Shown: positions 55,490-64,000 of the stretch, piece by piece | Numbering within the stretch: position 1 is the first letter of the stretch | Layout of the letters: each line of letters opens with the position of its first letter | Source of the DNA: Kiritimatiellia bacterium | Lineage (GTDB): Bacteria > Verrucomicrobiota > Kiritimatiellia > JAKQHR01 | Assembly: GCA_050178035.1 (NCBI GenBank) | Contig: JBFXGK010000010.1 | Location: 36,396 to 100,395, forward strand | Direction: 5' to 3' | Length of the DNA stretch: 64,000 nucleotides | Position numbers and translations under genes: made by a program | The notes under the pieces: model-generated | The model's input: only the letters and a program-made list of their open reading frames with translations | Told to the model about the DNA's origin: nothing | Database searches by the model: none

Positions 55490-57882
55490 GATTTTTTACC
55501 GGCAAGTGCCCTGTTCAGCGCAAACCGGATGACCTGATCCATGTTCTCAACGCCTTTGAACTTCAGCTTGCGCCGGATTTCCGCAGGCACCTCGTCCAGG
55601 TCTTTCAGGTTGCGCTTCGGCAGGACAACCGTCTTGATGCCCGCCGCCGCGGCCGCCAGGATCTTTTCCTTGATTCCACCCACCGGCATGACTTTTCCGC
55701 GCAGGGTGATCTCGCCGGTCATGGCGATTTCCGCCGACATGGATTGCCCGGTCATCAGCGTAACCAGCGCCATCGTCATCGCCACGCCCGCCGAGGGGCC
55801 GTCCTTTGGAATCGCGCCGGCAGGCACATGAATATGGAAGTCCCTTTTTGCCTCTTCGGGCACTTCGACCTTCAGCTTTTTGGCATTGGCCTGCACATAA
55901 CTGAGCGCGGCGCGCGCCGATTCCTTCATGATGTTGCCCAGCGAGCCCGTCAGGATGAGCTGCCCCTTCCCCGGCATCTGGGTGGCTTCAATGAAAAGAA
56001 TGCGACCGCCCACCGGCGTCCAGGCGAGCCCCGTGACAATGCCGGGCTCGGTTTTGGCTTCGGCCACCTCGGATTCAAACTTTTCCTGGCCAAGAAGCTG
56101 AACGATTTTCGCCGGAGTGATGACGGCCTTCTCCTTTTTGCCCTCGGCCACGCTCCGCGCCACTTTCCGGCACACGTTGGCCACCTCGCGTTCAAGGTTG
56201 CGGACTCCGGCTTCGCGCGTGTAGCCGTCTATGATCAGTTCCAGCGCGGATTTTTCAAACGCGATCTGGCCCGCCTTCAGCCCGTGCGCCGCCATCTCTT
56301 TTTTAATCAGGAATTTCTGCGCGATGTGCAGCTTCTCGTTGATCGTGTAACCGCTCAGCTCCAGCACCTCCATCCGGTCGCGCAGCGGGGGCGGAACCGT
56401 GTCAATCGTGTTGCAGGTCGTGATGAACAGCACATGCGACAGATCGAAAGGCACATTCAGATAATGATCGGAGAATGAAAAATTCTGTTCCGGATCCAGC
56501 ACCTCCAGCAGGGCCGACGACGGATCGCCGCGGAAATCGGCGCCGACCTTGTCGATCTCGTCCAGCATGAACACCGGGTTGCGCGTGCCGGCGCGTTTCA
56601 GCCCCTGGATAATCCGTCCGGGCATCGCGCCGATGTAGGTCCGGCGGTGGCCCCGGATTTCGGCCTCGTCATGCACGCCGCCCAGCGACATGCGGAAAAA
56701 CTTGCGGCCCAGCGCGCGCGCGATGGATTTTCCCAGCGAGGTTTTGCCGACGCCCGGAGGCCCCGCAAAGCACAGAATCGGGCCTTTCATGTCTTTTTTG
56801 AGCTTCAGCACCGAAAGATATTCCAGTATCCGGTCCTTGATGCGCACCAGATCATAATGATCGGCATCCAGAACTTTTTTGGCCGCCTTGATGTCCAGCA
56901 GATCCTCCGTCTCCACCGACCACGGAAGTTCCGTGATCCAGTCGAGATAGGTGCGGATTACGGCATACTCCGGCGACGCCGGCGGAATGGCTTCCAGCCT
57001 CTTTTTCTCCTTGTCGGCGATCTCCGCCACATCGGGGGGAAGCTTTGCGGCCTCAATTTTCTTGTCTATTTCCCGAACCTCGGCCTGCTGCGGATTGTCC
57101 TCGCCCAGTTCTCCCTGGATGGCCTTGAGCTGCTCGCGCAGATAATAGTCGCGCTGGGATTTTGAAAGCGTCTCGCTGACCTTGCTCTGGATCTGCGTGC
57201 CGAGCTGCAGAATTTCCAGCTCGCGGTTGAGCTGCGTGGTCAGTGTTTCAAGACGCTTGCGCGGCCGGTATTCCTCCAGAAGCCGCTGGCGCTCCTCGAG
57301 AGGAATATTCACGTTGGAGGCGATCAGGTCGGCCAGCTTCCCGGCGTCGGCCATGTTCACCGCGGCGATCTTCAGTTCATCCGGCATCGCAGGCGACATG
57401 GAAATGATGTCCTGAAACCGCTGCGAGGCGTTCCGCGCCAGCGCGTCCAGCTCGATGCTCTGCTCCAGTTCATCCTGAAGCGGGTTGTAGCGCGCCCTGA
57501 GATAGGCGTCCTCGGGCAGATAGGTCCGGATCTGGCAGCGCACAATGCCCTGCACCAGAATGCGCACGGTTTCATCCGGGAACTTGATCATCTTCAGCAC
57601 GCGCGCCATGCATCCGAACTCATGCAGGTCGTGCGGGCCCACTTTGTCGTCATCGAGCTTGCGGTCGCGCTGAAGCACCGCCAGGAAAAGCCGGCTGCCG
57701 GCCACCACATCGTCTATCAGCTTGATCGAGCGCCGCGTGGCGACCGCCAGCGGGACAATCATTGTGGGGAAAAGCACAAGGTCATTGAGCGGCAGAACCG
57801 GGAGCACCGGCGGCGCATTCTGCCCGGTCTCCTCGGCATCGCCGGACAGCACAGATTTGATGTTTTTCTTCTGGTCGGCCAT
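55486..57882 (-). CDS. lon: ATP-dependent Lon protease
   Basis: GPPGVGKTS; RGHRRTYIG; LDEIDK; PKDGPSAG; GGIKEK. Confidence 0.98.
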   Translation of the reverse strand: MADQKKNIKSVLSGDAEETGQNAPPVLPVLPLNDLVLFPTMIVPLAVATRRSIKLIDDVVAGSRLFLAVLQRDRKLDDDKVGPHDLHEFGCMARVLKMIKFPDETVRILVQGIVRCQIRTYLPEDAYLRARYNPLQDELEQSIELDALARNASQRFQDIISMSPAMPDELKIAAVNMADAGKLADLIASNVNIPLEERQRLLEEYRPRKRLETLTTQLNRELEILQLGTQIQSKVSETLSKSQRDYYLREQLKAIQGELGEDNPQQAEVREIDKKIEAAKLPPDVAEIADKEKKRLEAIPPASPEYAVIRTYLDWITELPWSVETEDLLDIKAAKKVLDADHYDLVRIKDRILEYLSVLKLKKDMKGPILCFAGPPGVGKTSLGKSIARALGRKFFRMSLGGVHDEAEIRGHRRTYIGAMPGRIIQGLKRAGTRNPVFMLDEIDKVGADFRGDPSSALLEVLDPEQNFSFSDHYLNVPFDLSHVLFITTCNTIDTVPPPLRDRMEVLELSGYTINEKLHIAQKFLIKKEMAAHGLKAGQIAFEKSALELIIDGYTREAGVRNLEREVANVCRKVARSVAEGKKEKAVITPAKIVQLLGQEKFESEVAEAKTEPGIVTGLAWTPVGGRILFIEATQMPGKGQLILTGSLGNIMKESARAALSYVQANAKKLKVEVPEEAKRDFHIHVPAGAIPKDGPSAGVAMTMALVTLMTGQSMSAEIAMTGEITLRGKVMPVGGIKEKILAAAAAGIKTVVLPKRNLKDLDEVPAEIRRKLKFKGVENMDQVIRFALNRALAGKKS

Positions 57883-57885
57883 GAT

Positions 57886-58317
57886 CTATCTCTTTCCTGT
57901 TTTCTTCGCGCCGGATTTCTTTCCCGCATGCGGGGCGCGCACGCGGATTTCCAGCACGCCGTTTTTCATGGTGGCCTTCGTGTGAACGGGGTCCGTGTCG
58001 TAGGGAAGCGTCACCGACCGGTGGAACGGCCCGTATTCAATCTCCAGCTGCCGGAAGCGGAACCCCGCAAGCGTATCGGAGCCGAAGGATTCGCAGCGGG
58101 TGCCGTTGATGTTCAGCACGCGGCCTTCGCAGGTGATTTCGAGCTGCTCGAGGGGAACCCCCGCAAGCTCCACGCGGATCACAACGCCTTCCGCGCTTTC
58201 AAACACATCCGTGTTCGGGGCCCAAACGTCGGGGACATTGCTGTCCAGCGCATGTCCGGCCACCCCGCCGACCTTCCGCCGGATCTGGCACCACTGCAGA
58301 AAAACCTTGTTTGTCAT
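57886..58317 (-). CDS. Hsp20/alpha-crystallin small heat-shock protein
   Basis: PNTDVFE; ELAGV; YGPFHRSVTLP; NGVLEI. Confidence 0.9.
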   Translation of the reverse strand: MTNKVFLQWCQIRRKVGGVAGHALDSNVPDVWAPNTDVFESAEGVVIRVELAGVPLEQLEITCEGRVLNINGTRCESFGSDTLAGFRFRQLEIEYGPFHRSVTLPYDTDPVHTKATMKNGVLEIRVRAPHAGKKSGAKKTGKR

Positions 58318-58444
58318 AAACCCGCCTCTTCGTGATTCACCATCTGCTTCAGTATAGACGGCCCGGCCCGGAATCCAAGTTCTGATTTGCCCGATTTATT
58401 TGTCGAACTTTTCCGGCGGCTCGGCTAGGCTGACGTTCTTGTTT

Positions 58445-58530
58445 GGCAGGGCGTGCACTCTGTGCGCGCCGCGGCGGCCGGCGGATCAGCCTTCGCCAGG
58501 GCTTTGGCCTGACAGGGCGGCCGCCCTGCC
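58445..58530. repeat. REP-like element with nested 33-bp palindromic insert
   Basis: GGCAGGGCG...CGCCCTGCC arms; GGATCAGCCTTCGCCAGGGCTTTGGCCTGACAG resembles the reverse complement of 63925-63956. Confidence 0.6.
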
Positions 58531-58548
58531 TGAAGTTTTAAGCGGAGA

Positions 58549-59862
58549 ATGAAGATGCCATCAAAAAGTGAAATGAACATTTCCACGCTGGGGAACTGCA
58601 AATTCCGCTCGCCGCTGAGCCTGTCCACCGTCCGCGGAGACGGCATCGGCGATTTCATTCCCGACGCCGCGCGCGTGCGCCATCAGGTTGAAATCAACAC
58701 CCCCTACGACACCCCCGATATCCTTTTTGAAAAGGCCGGGCCGCGGGAAAAGATCTACTTCGATCCCCCCCAAACCCGCGCGGCCATCGTTTCGTGCGGA
58801 GGCCTCTGCCCCGGCATCAACGACGTCATCCGTTCGATCTATCTTGAATTGAAGCAGAACTACCGCGTGCAGGAAGTCCTCGGCATCCGCTACGGATTCC
58901 AGGGCATGAATCCCGCCGCCGGCAAACCGCCCATGGTGCTCAGCGAAGAACGGGTTGACCGCATTCACCTTCAGGGCGGCACGGTTCTGGGCACTTCGCG
59001 CGGAGCGCAGCCGGTCGAGGTGATGGCGGACTTCCTTGAAGCGCAGAACATTGATCTGCTCTTCTGCATCGGCGGCGACGGCACGCAGCGCGGCACGCAC
59101 GCCATTGCGCAGGAAATCGCCAGGCGCGGGCTGAAGAAGGCCATCGTCGGAATCCCCAAAACCATTGACAACGACATCCCCTACGTCGAACAGACTTTCG
59201 GATACCTCACCTCCATCGAGCGCGCCCTCGAAGTGCTGGACTGCGCGCACGTCGAGGCCACCGCCATCGTCAACGGCATCGGACTGGTCAAGGTCATGGG
59301 CCGCGACTCCGGCTTCATCGCCGCCGGCGCTTCGCTGGCCTGCCAGGACGTGGACTTCACGCTCATCCCCGAAGTCAAATTTTCGCTGCACGGGGAAAAC
59401 GGATTCCTGAGCCATCTTGAAAAAAGGCTGGCCCGGAAACCCCACGCCGTGATTGTCGTGGCCGAGGGCGCCGGGCAGGAACTCATGCCGAAGGACGAGC
59501 GCCGGCGCGACGCCTCCGGGAACATCCTGCACAACGACATCGGGACCTTCCTGCTTGCGGAAATCAAAAAATATTTCCGGGAAAGAAACATCGAGGTCAG
59601 CCCCAAATACATTGACCCGAGCTACATCATCCGCAGCGTGCCCGCCAACTGCGAGGACAGCATCCGGTGCGACCTGTACGCCCGGCACGCCGTCCACGCC
59701 GCCATGGCCGGGAAGACCGATGTTCTCATCGGATTCTGGAACGGAAAATACATCCATGTGCCCCTCGCCGATGGCACCTGCTGCCGCCGCTATCTCCAGC
59801 CCGAAAGCGAACTCTGGGAAAGCGTGCTCTCCGTCACCGGCCAGCCCCGGAACATGATTTGA
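58549..59862 (+). CDS. pfkA: 6-phosphofructokinase, ATP-dependent type (start at 58549 or 58573)
   Basis: GGLCPG; GGTVLGTSRG; GGDGTQRG; PKTIDND; MGRDSG; DPSYIIRS. Confidence 0.93.
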   Translation: MKMPSKSEMNISTLGNCKFRSPLSLSTVRGDGIGDFIPDAARVRHQVEINTPYDTPDILFEKAGPREKIYFDPPQTRAAIVSCGGLCPGINDVIRSIYLELKQNYRVQEVLGIRYGFQGMNPAAGKPPMVLSEERVDRIHLQGGTVLGTSRGAQPVEVMADFLEAQNIDLLFCIGGDGTQRGTHAIAQEIARRGLKKAIVGIPKTIDNDIPYVEQTFGYLTSIERALEVLDCAHVEATAIVNGIGLVKVMGRDSGFIAAGASLACQDVDFTLIPEVKFSLHGENGFLSHLEKRLARKPHAVIVVAEGAGQELMPKDERRRDASGNILHNDIGTFLLAEIKKYFRERNIEVSPKYIDPSYIIRSVPANCEDSIRCDLYARHAVHAAMAGKTDVLIGFWNGKYIHVPLADGTCCRRYLQPESELWESVLSVTGQPRNMI

Positions 59863-59868
59863 GGCAGG

Positions 59869-60618
59869 ATGAAAACGGCATACGCAGCCCCGGACGTGAT
59901 GGCTCTTTTTCCGCAAAGCGCGGATGCGGCGTTCTGGCTGGATGGCGAAATCGGGACGCTCCTCTCCATAGGCCCCGGCGGCAGAGAACTGCGCCGCGTT
60001 GAAGCGGGCGGCCGGGTTTTCTTCCTGAAGCGAAGCGGCCGCGAATCGCTCTTGAAGCATTGGTTCAGCATTCTGCATGGCGGCAGGCCGCTGTCGGGAG
60101 CACTTCGCGAAAAGCGCATGCTGGAGCAGCTGAGGGCCCGCGGATTCGCGGCCATGGAACCGGCGGCATGGGGGCAGGAACGGCTTCCAGGCTTCCGGGC
60201 GCGCGGATTTCTGCTGGTGCGGAAAGTGAACGGGGAGGAACTGGCCGAACTCTTTGACAAATCCCCCGGTTTGCGGAAGCGCGAGCTGATGACCGCCGCG
60301 GGGCACCTGGTCGGGCGGCTGCACGCCAGAGGTTTCCTCCAGCCGGTCCGGCTCAAGGATCTGATTCTTTCGGGCGGCGAGCTGGTGCTGATTGACCGGG
60401 AGACTTCAAAGCCGTGGCCGGGGCTGTTCAGCCGGAGGCGCGCCGCAAAAGCGCTGGCCCGGTCCCTGCGCCGCATGCACCGCGACGGGCACCGCCCGGG
60501 CGCGGGAAGCCTCTATGCTTTTCTGCAGGGGTACCGGCAGGGCGTTTCGGAAAAATGCATCATCAATCCGCTCAAACTGGCCGCACAGGTCTGCGCCGAA
60601 CTCCGGAAAACAAACTGA
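59869..60618 (+). CDS. LPS kinase (Kdo/WaaP/InaA)-like protein
   Basis: FFLKR; REKRML; RLHARGF; LIDRE; the catalytic loop appears divergent. Confidence 0.65.
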   Translation: MKTAYAAPDVMALFPQSADAAFWLDGEIGTLLSIGPGGRELRRVEAGGRVFFLKRSGRESLLKHWFSILHGGRPLSGALREKRMLEQLRARGFAAMEPAAWGQERLPGFRARGFLLVRKVNGEELAELFDKSPGLRKRELMTAAGHLVGRLHARGFLQPVRLKDLILSGGELVLIDRETSKPWPGLFSRRRAAKALARSLRRMHRDGHRPGAGSLYAFLQGYRQGVSEKCIINPLKLAAQVCAELRKTN

Positions 60619-60623
60619 CGCAG

Positions 60624-60720
60624 ATTTTTGCGTTTTTGGGCCTTTTTTAGCGTTTTTTGGCCATTTTTGAGCATTTTTGGCCGTTTTTGGGCACTTTTTG
60701 GCCATTTTTCAGAGATTTTA
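60624..60720. repeat. Phased T-tract array E (10 tracts)
   Basis: T-tracts end at 60629, 60637, 60648, 60658, 60668, 60678, 60688, 60699, 60709 and 60719. Confidence 0.9.
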
Positions 60721-61065
60721 CCGCAGAGATCACAAGGAACACAAAGACGGAGCATGAAACAGCTTTTGCGATCCCTGCGCTCTTTCACGGTGAATTCGTT
60801 TTTTGACAGGATCAACAGGATGGACAGGATTGCAGAGAGTAAATGAAATTCAATTGGGAACTCAGGAAGGCAGGAATTGGAAGGGGGAAATCTCTTCGCG
60901 CGGAATTTCTGCTGGAATGATGGAATGGTGGAAGAATGGTAAAGCCACATCTTTGCGATCTTTCGCGGTGAATTCATTCTTCATTCTGAATCCTGTATTC
61001 TGACTCCTGTCTTCTGAATTCTGACTGCCGACTCCTGTCTTCTGAATTCTGACTACTGTCTTCTT
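60721..61065. repeat. Mosaic of short 7-9-nt tandem repeat motifs
   Basis: (ACAGGAT)x3; GGAATG-type repeats; 7-mer TTCTGAC/TCCTGTC run with a 25-bp direct repeat at 61002-61026 and 61030-61054. Confidence 0.75.
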
Positions 61066-61112
61066 GTCTTCATCCCCTGCCCCTGCTAGCTTTCCCCCAC
61101 AGGTTGATCTTT

Positions 61113-63914
61113 ATGGCTCTGAGCTGGAACGAAATCAAATCTCGCGCAATGGCCTTTTCCAAGGAGTGGGAAAACGAAACCTCCGAGGACGCCGAGGCCA
61201 AATCCTTCTGGGACGGCTTTTTCAATGTCTTCGGCATCAGCCGCAAGCGCGTGGCCTCGTTCGAGGAACCCGTCCGCAAGCTCGGCGAGCGGCAGGGCTT
61301 CATGGACCTCTTCTGGAAAGGCGTCCTGCTGGTCGAGCACAAATCGCGCGGCAAAGACCTCGACCGGGCCTTCACGCAGGCGCTGGACTACTTCCCCGGC
61401 ATCGCCGAACGCGACCTGCCCAAATATGTGCTGGTTTCCGACTTTGCCCGCTTCCGTCTCTACGATCTGGAAGCGGACGAGCAGCACGAATTCGCGCTGA
61501 AGGATCTGCACAAAAACGTCCGCCTGTTCGGCTTCATCGCGGGCTACCAGACGCACAAGCTCCAGGAGCAGGACCCCGTCAACATCCGCGCCGCCGAACG
61601 CATGGGCAAACTGCACGACCAGCTCAAGGCCGTCGGCTACGAAGGCCACCCGCTCGAACTCTATCTCGTGCGCCTCCTGTTCTGCCTCTTCGCCGACGAC
61701 ACGGGCATCTTCGAACGCCAGCAGTTCCAGGAATACATCGAGCGCCGCACCGGCGAAGACGGCACCGACCTCGCGCACCACATCGGCACACTCTTCCAAA
61801 TTCTCAACACGCCCCCGGAAAAGCGGCTCAAGAACCTGGACGAGGAAATCGCCGCCTTCCCGTTCATCAACGGCAAACTCTTCGAGGAACTGCTTCCCGC
61901 GGCCAGCTTCGACAGCGCCATGCGCCAGAGCCTGCTGGACTGCTTCGCGCTCGACTGGAGCCGCATCTCCCCCGCCATCTTCGGATCGCTCTTTCAGTCC
62001 ATCATGGACAAAACCGCGCGCCGCAACCTCGGCGCGCACTACACCAGCGAGCAGAACATCCTGAAACTCATCAAGCCGCTGTTTCTGGACGGACTGCGCG
62101 AGGATTTCGAGAAAATCAAGAACAACCGGAACAAACTGGCCGATTTCCACAAAAAGCTCGAAAGCCTGACCTTCCTTGACCCGGCCTGCGGATGCGGAAA
62201 CTTCCTCGTCATCGCCTACCGCGAACTGCGCCTGCTGGAACTGGACCTCCTCCGCGCCTCGCGCGGAGCCGAACAAATGACGCTGGACGTGCATTCGCTC
62301 ATCAAACTCAACGTGAACCAGTTTTACGGCATCGAAATCGAGGAATTCCCGTCGCTCATCGCCCAAGTCGCCCTGTGGCTCATGGATCATCAGATGAACA
62401 TGCTCGTCTCGGAGGAATTCGGTCAATACTTCGCCCGCATCCCCCTCCGGTCCTCCGCCAATATCGTCCGCGGCAACGCCCTCCGAATTGACTGGAACGA
62501 TGTCGTCCCCGCCTCAAAACTTTCTTACATCATGGGCAATCCGCCGTTTGTGGGTCATCATTATCAAAACGAGCAGCAAAAAACTGATCAAGCCGCAGTC
62601 TTGCACAAGATTGCTGCTCATGGAGTTCTGGATTACGTGGCGAATTGGTATGTGAAAGCCACAGAATTGATGCAGCGACACCATTTCATTCAAGCCGCAT
62701 TCGTTTCCACCAATTCCATAACGCAAGGTGAACAGGTTGGCATATTGTGGCCTTTGCTGCTGTCACAGGGAATCCGGATAAATTTTGCTCACAGAACGTT
62801 CCAATGGAACAATGAAGCGCGGGGCAAGGCGGCTGTCCATTGCGTCATTGTTGGATTCGCAATGTCCGATAGACCTGAAAAATGGTTGTTTGAATATGAA
62901 AATATTAAGGGCGAGCCTTTAGCAATCAAAGCAGGCAATATCAATCCCTATTTGGTAGATGCATCGGATGTCGTGCTTTCAAATCGGAGTTCGCCTATTT
63001 GCAACGTTCCGAAAATGAGTTGGGGCAATAAACCATCGGACGGCGGGCACTTGATTCTTTCAGACGAGGAACGCGCCGATTTCCTTCTAAAAGAACCGAA
63101 AGCTGCCGGATATATTCACCGTTATGTCAGCGGGAGCGATCTGATTGATAACAATGCGCGTTATTGTTTGTGGATCAATGATCTCGCGCCGGATTTGTTT
63201 CGAGGCATGCCGGAAGTTATGAAAAGAGTTGATGCCGTAAAACGCTTTCGACAAGAGAGCAAAGCGGCTTCAACCCGTGAATATGCGAAATATCCAACAA
63301 GATTTCGCCAAGTCGCGCAACCAGACTCTGATTATCTCGCAATACCCGAAGTTTCTTCTGAGCGCCGCCACTATATTCCCATTGCCTATTTAAGTCGGGA
63401 TATTATTTGCAGCAACACCATACAATTCATCCCAAAGGCTACGCTGTACCATTTCGGCGTCATTAACTCTGTTATGCACATGGCCTGGATGCGTACGGTT
63501 TGCGGGCGCTTGAAAAGTGACTATCGTTATTCAAACACCATCGTCTACAACAACTTCCCCTGGCCGGAGAATGTGAGCGAGAAGCAGAAAGCGGAAATCG
63601 AGAAATGTGCGCAGGCGGTTTTGGATGCGCGGGCGCAGTTCCCGGAATCATCGCTGGCCGACCTGTACGATCCGCTGACCATGCCGCCGGTGCTGATGAA
63701 AGCGCATCAGGCGCTGGACAAAGCCGTGGACGCCGCCTACGGCCGCACAACCTTCAAAACCGAAGCCGAACGCGTGGCCTTCCTCTTCGAACTTTACCAG
63801 AAATACACATCCCTCCTCCCGCCGGAGAAAGTGAAGAAGGCGAGGAAGACGAAGAAGAAGTCAGAAGAATTTCACCATGAAGATCATGAAGTTCATGAAG
63901 AATTCCGAAGGTAG
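61113..63914 (+). CDS. MmeI-like single-chain type IIG/IIL restriction-modification enzyme
   Basis: MDLFWKGVLLVEHKSRG nuclease motif; GAHYTS; DPACGCGNFL; GNPPF; RLKSDYRYS; LADLYDP. Confidence 0.94.
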   Translation: MALSWNEIKSRAMAFSKEWENETSEDAEAKSFWDGFFNVFGISRKRVASFEEPVRKLGERQGFMDLFWKGVLLVEHKSRGKDLDRAFTQALDYFPGIAERDLPKYVLVSDFARFRLYDLEADEQHEFALKDLHKNVRLFGFIAGYQTHKLQEQDPVNIRAAERMGKLHDQLKAVGYEGHPLELYLVRLLFCLFADDTGIFERQQFQEYIERRTGEDGTDLAHHIGTLFQILNTPPEKRLKNLDEEIAAFPFINGKLFEELLPAASFDSAMRQSLLDCFALDWSRISPAIFGSLFQSIMDKTARRNLGAHYTSEQNILKLIKPLFLDGLREDFEKIKNNRNKLADFHKKLESLTFLDPACGCGNFLVIAYRELRLLELDLLRASRGAEQMTLDVHSLIKLNVNQFYGIEIEEFPSLIAQVALWLMDHQMNMLVSEEFGQYFARIPLRSSANIVRGNALRIDWNDVVPASKLSYIMGNPPFVGHHYQNEQQKTDQAAVLHKIAAHGVLDYVANWYVKATELMQRHHFIQAAFVSTNSITQGEQVGILWPLLLSQGIRINFAHRTFQWNNEARGKAAVHCVIVGFAMSDRPEKWLFEYENIKGEPLAIKAGNINPYLVDASDVVLSNRSSPICNVPKMSWGNKPSDGGHLILSDEERADFLLKEPKAAGYIHRYVSGSDLIDNNARYCLWINDLAPDLFRGMPEVMKRVDAVKRFRQESKAASTREYAKYPTRFRQVAQPDSDYLAIPEVSSERRHYIPIAYLSRDIICSNTIQFIPKATLYHFGVINSVMHMAWMRTVCGRLKSDYRYSNTIVYNNFPWPENVSEKQKAEIEKCAQAVLDARAQFPESSLADLYDPLTMPPVLMKAHQALDKAVDAAYGRTTFKTEAERVAFLFELYQKYTSLLPPEKVKKARKTKKKSEEFHHEDHEVHEEFRR

Positions 63915-63968
63915 GGCGGGCAGCCTGTCAGCCGAAGCCTTGGCGAAGGCTGATCCCTTGCCCGCCGC
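63910..63968. repeat. GTAG-type REP-like element with nested insert
   Basis: GGTAGGGCGGGCA...TGCCCGCC surrounding CTGTCAGCCGAAGCCTTGGCGAAGGCTGATCC. Confidence 0.6.
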
Positions 63969-64000
63969 AAAGAATGCATAATAAGAGACCACGGATGACA

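Overview
GC-rich bacterial chromosome segment. Gene content and intergenic repeat style suggest an anaerobic PVC-superphylum organism such as Kiritimatiellota (inference). It holds housekeeping genes (argS, pheS, ftsK, pgsA, tsaB/tsaE, lon, pfk, rlmI-like), tRNA-Tyr and tRNA-Phe, two oxidative-stress clusters (NiSOD-rubrerythrin-flavoreductase; Fur/PerR-peroxiredoxin with operator palindromes), a 12-kb DUF134/NifX/Mrp Fe-S/sulfur operon, and two restriction-modification (RM) loci. The main finding is the minus-strand locus 8513-13837. An HsdR_N-N6-methylase gene ends exactly on a -1 frameshift-type signal: SD-like AAGGA, slippery U_UUU_UUC, 5-nt spacer and an 18-bp hairpin. The -1 frame encodes a two-TRD specificity subunit fused to an AbiEi/DUF6577-like antitoxin domain, followed by an AbiEii toxin gene. 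This is a candidate recoded RM complex physically coupled to a type IV toxin-antitoxin system. A second finding is a dispersed family of 40-120 bp intergenic arrays of T/A tracts phased at about 10 bp (probable bent DNA). Family assignments come from motif recognition by eye; no searches were run.
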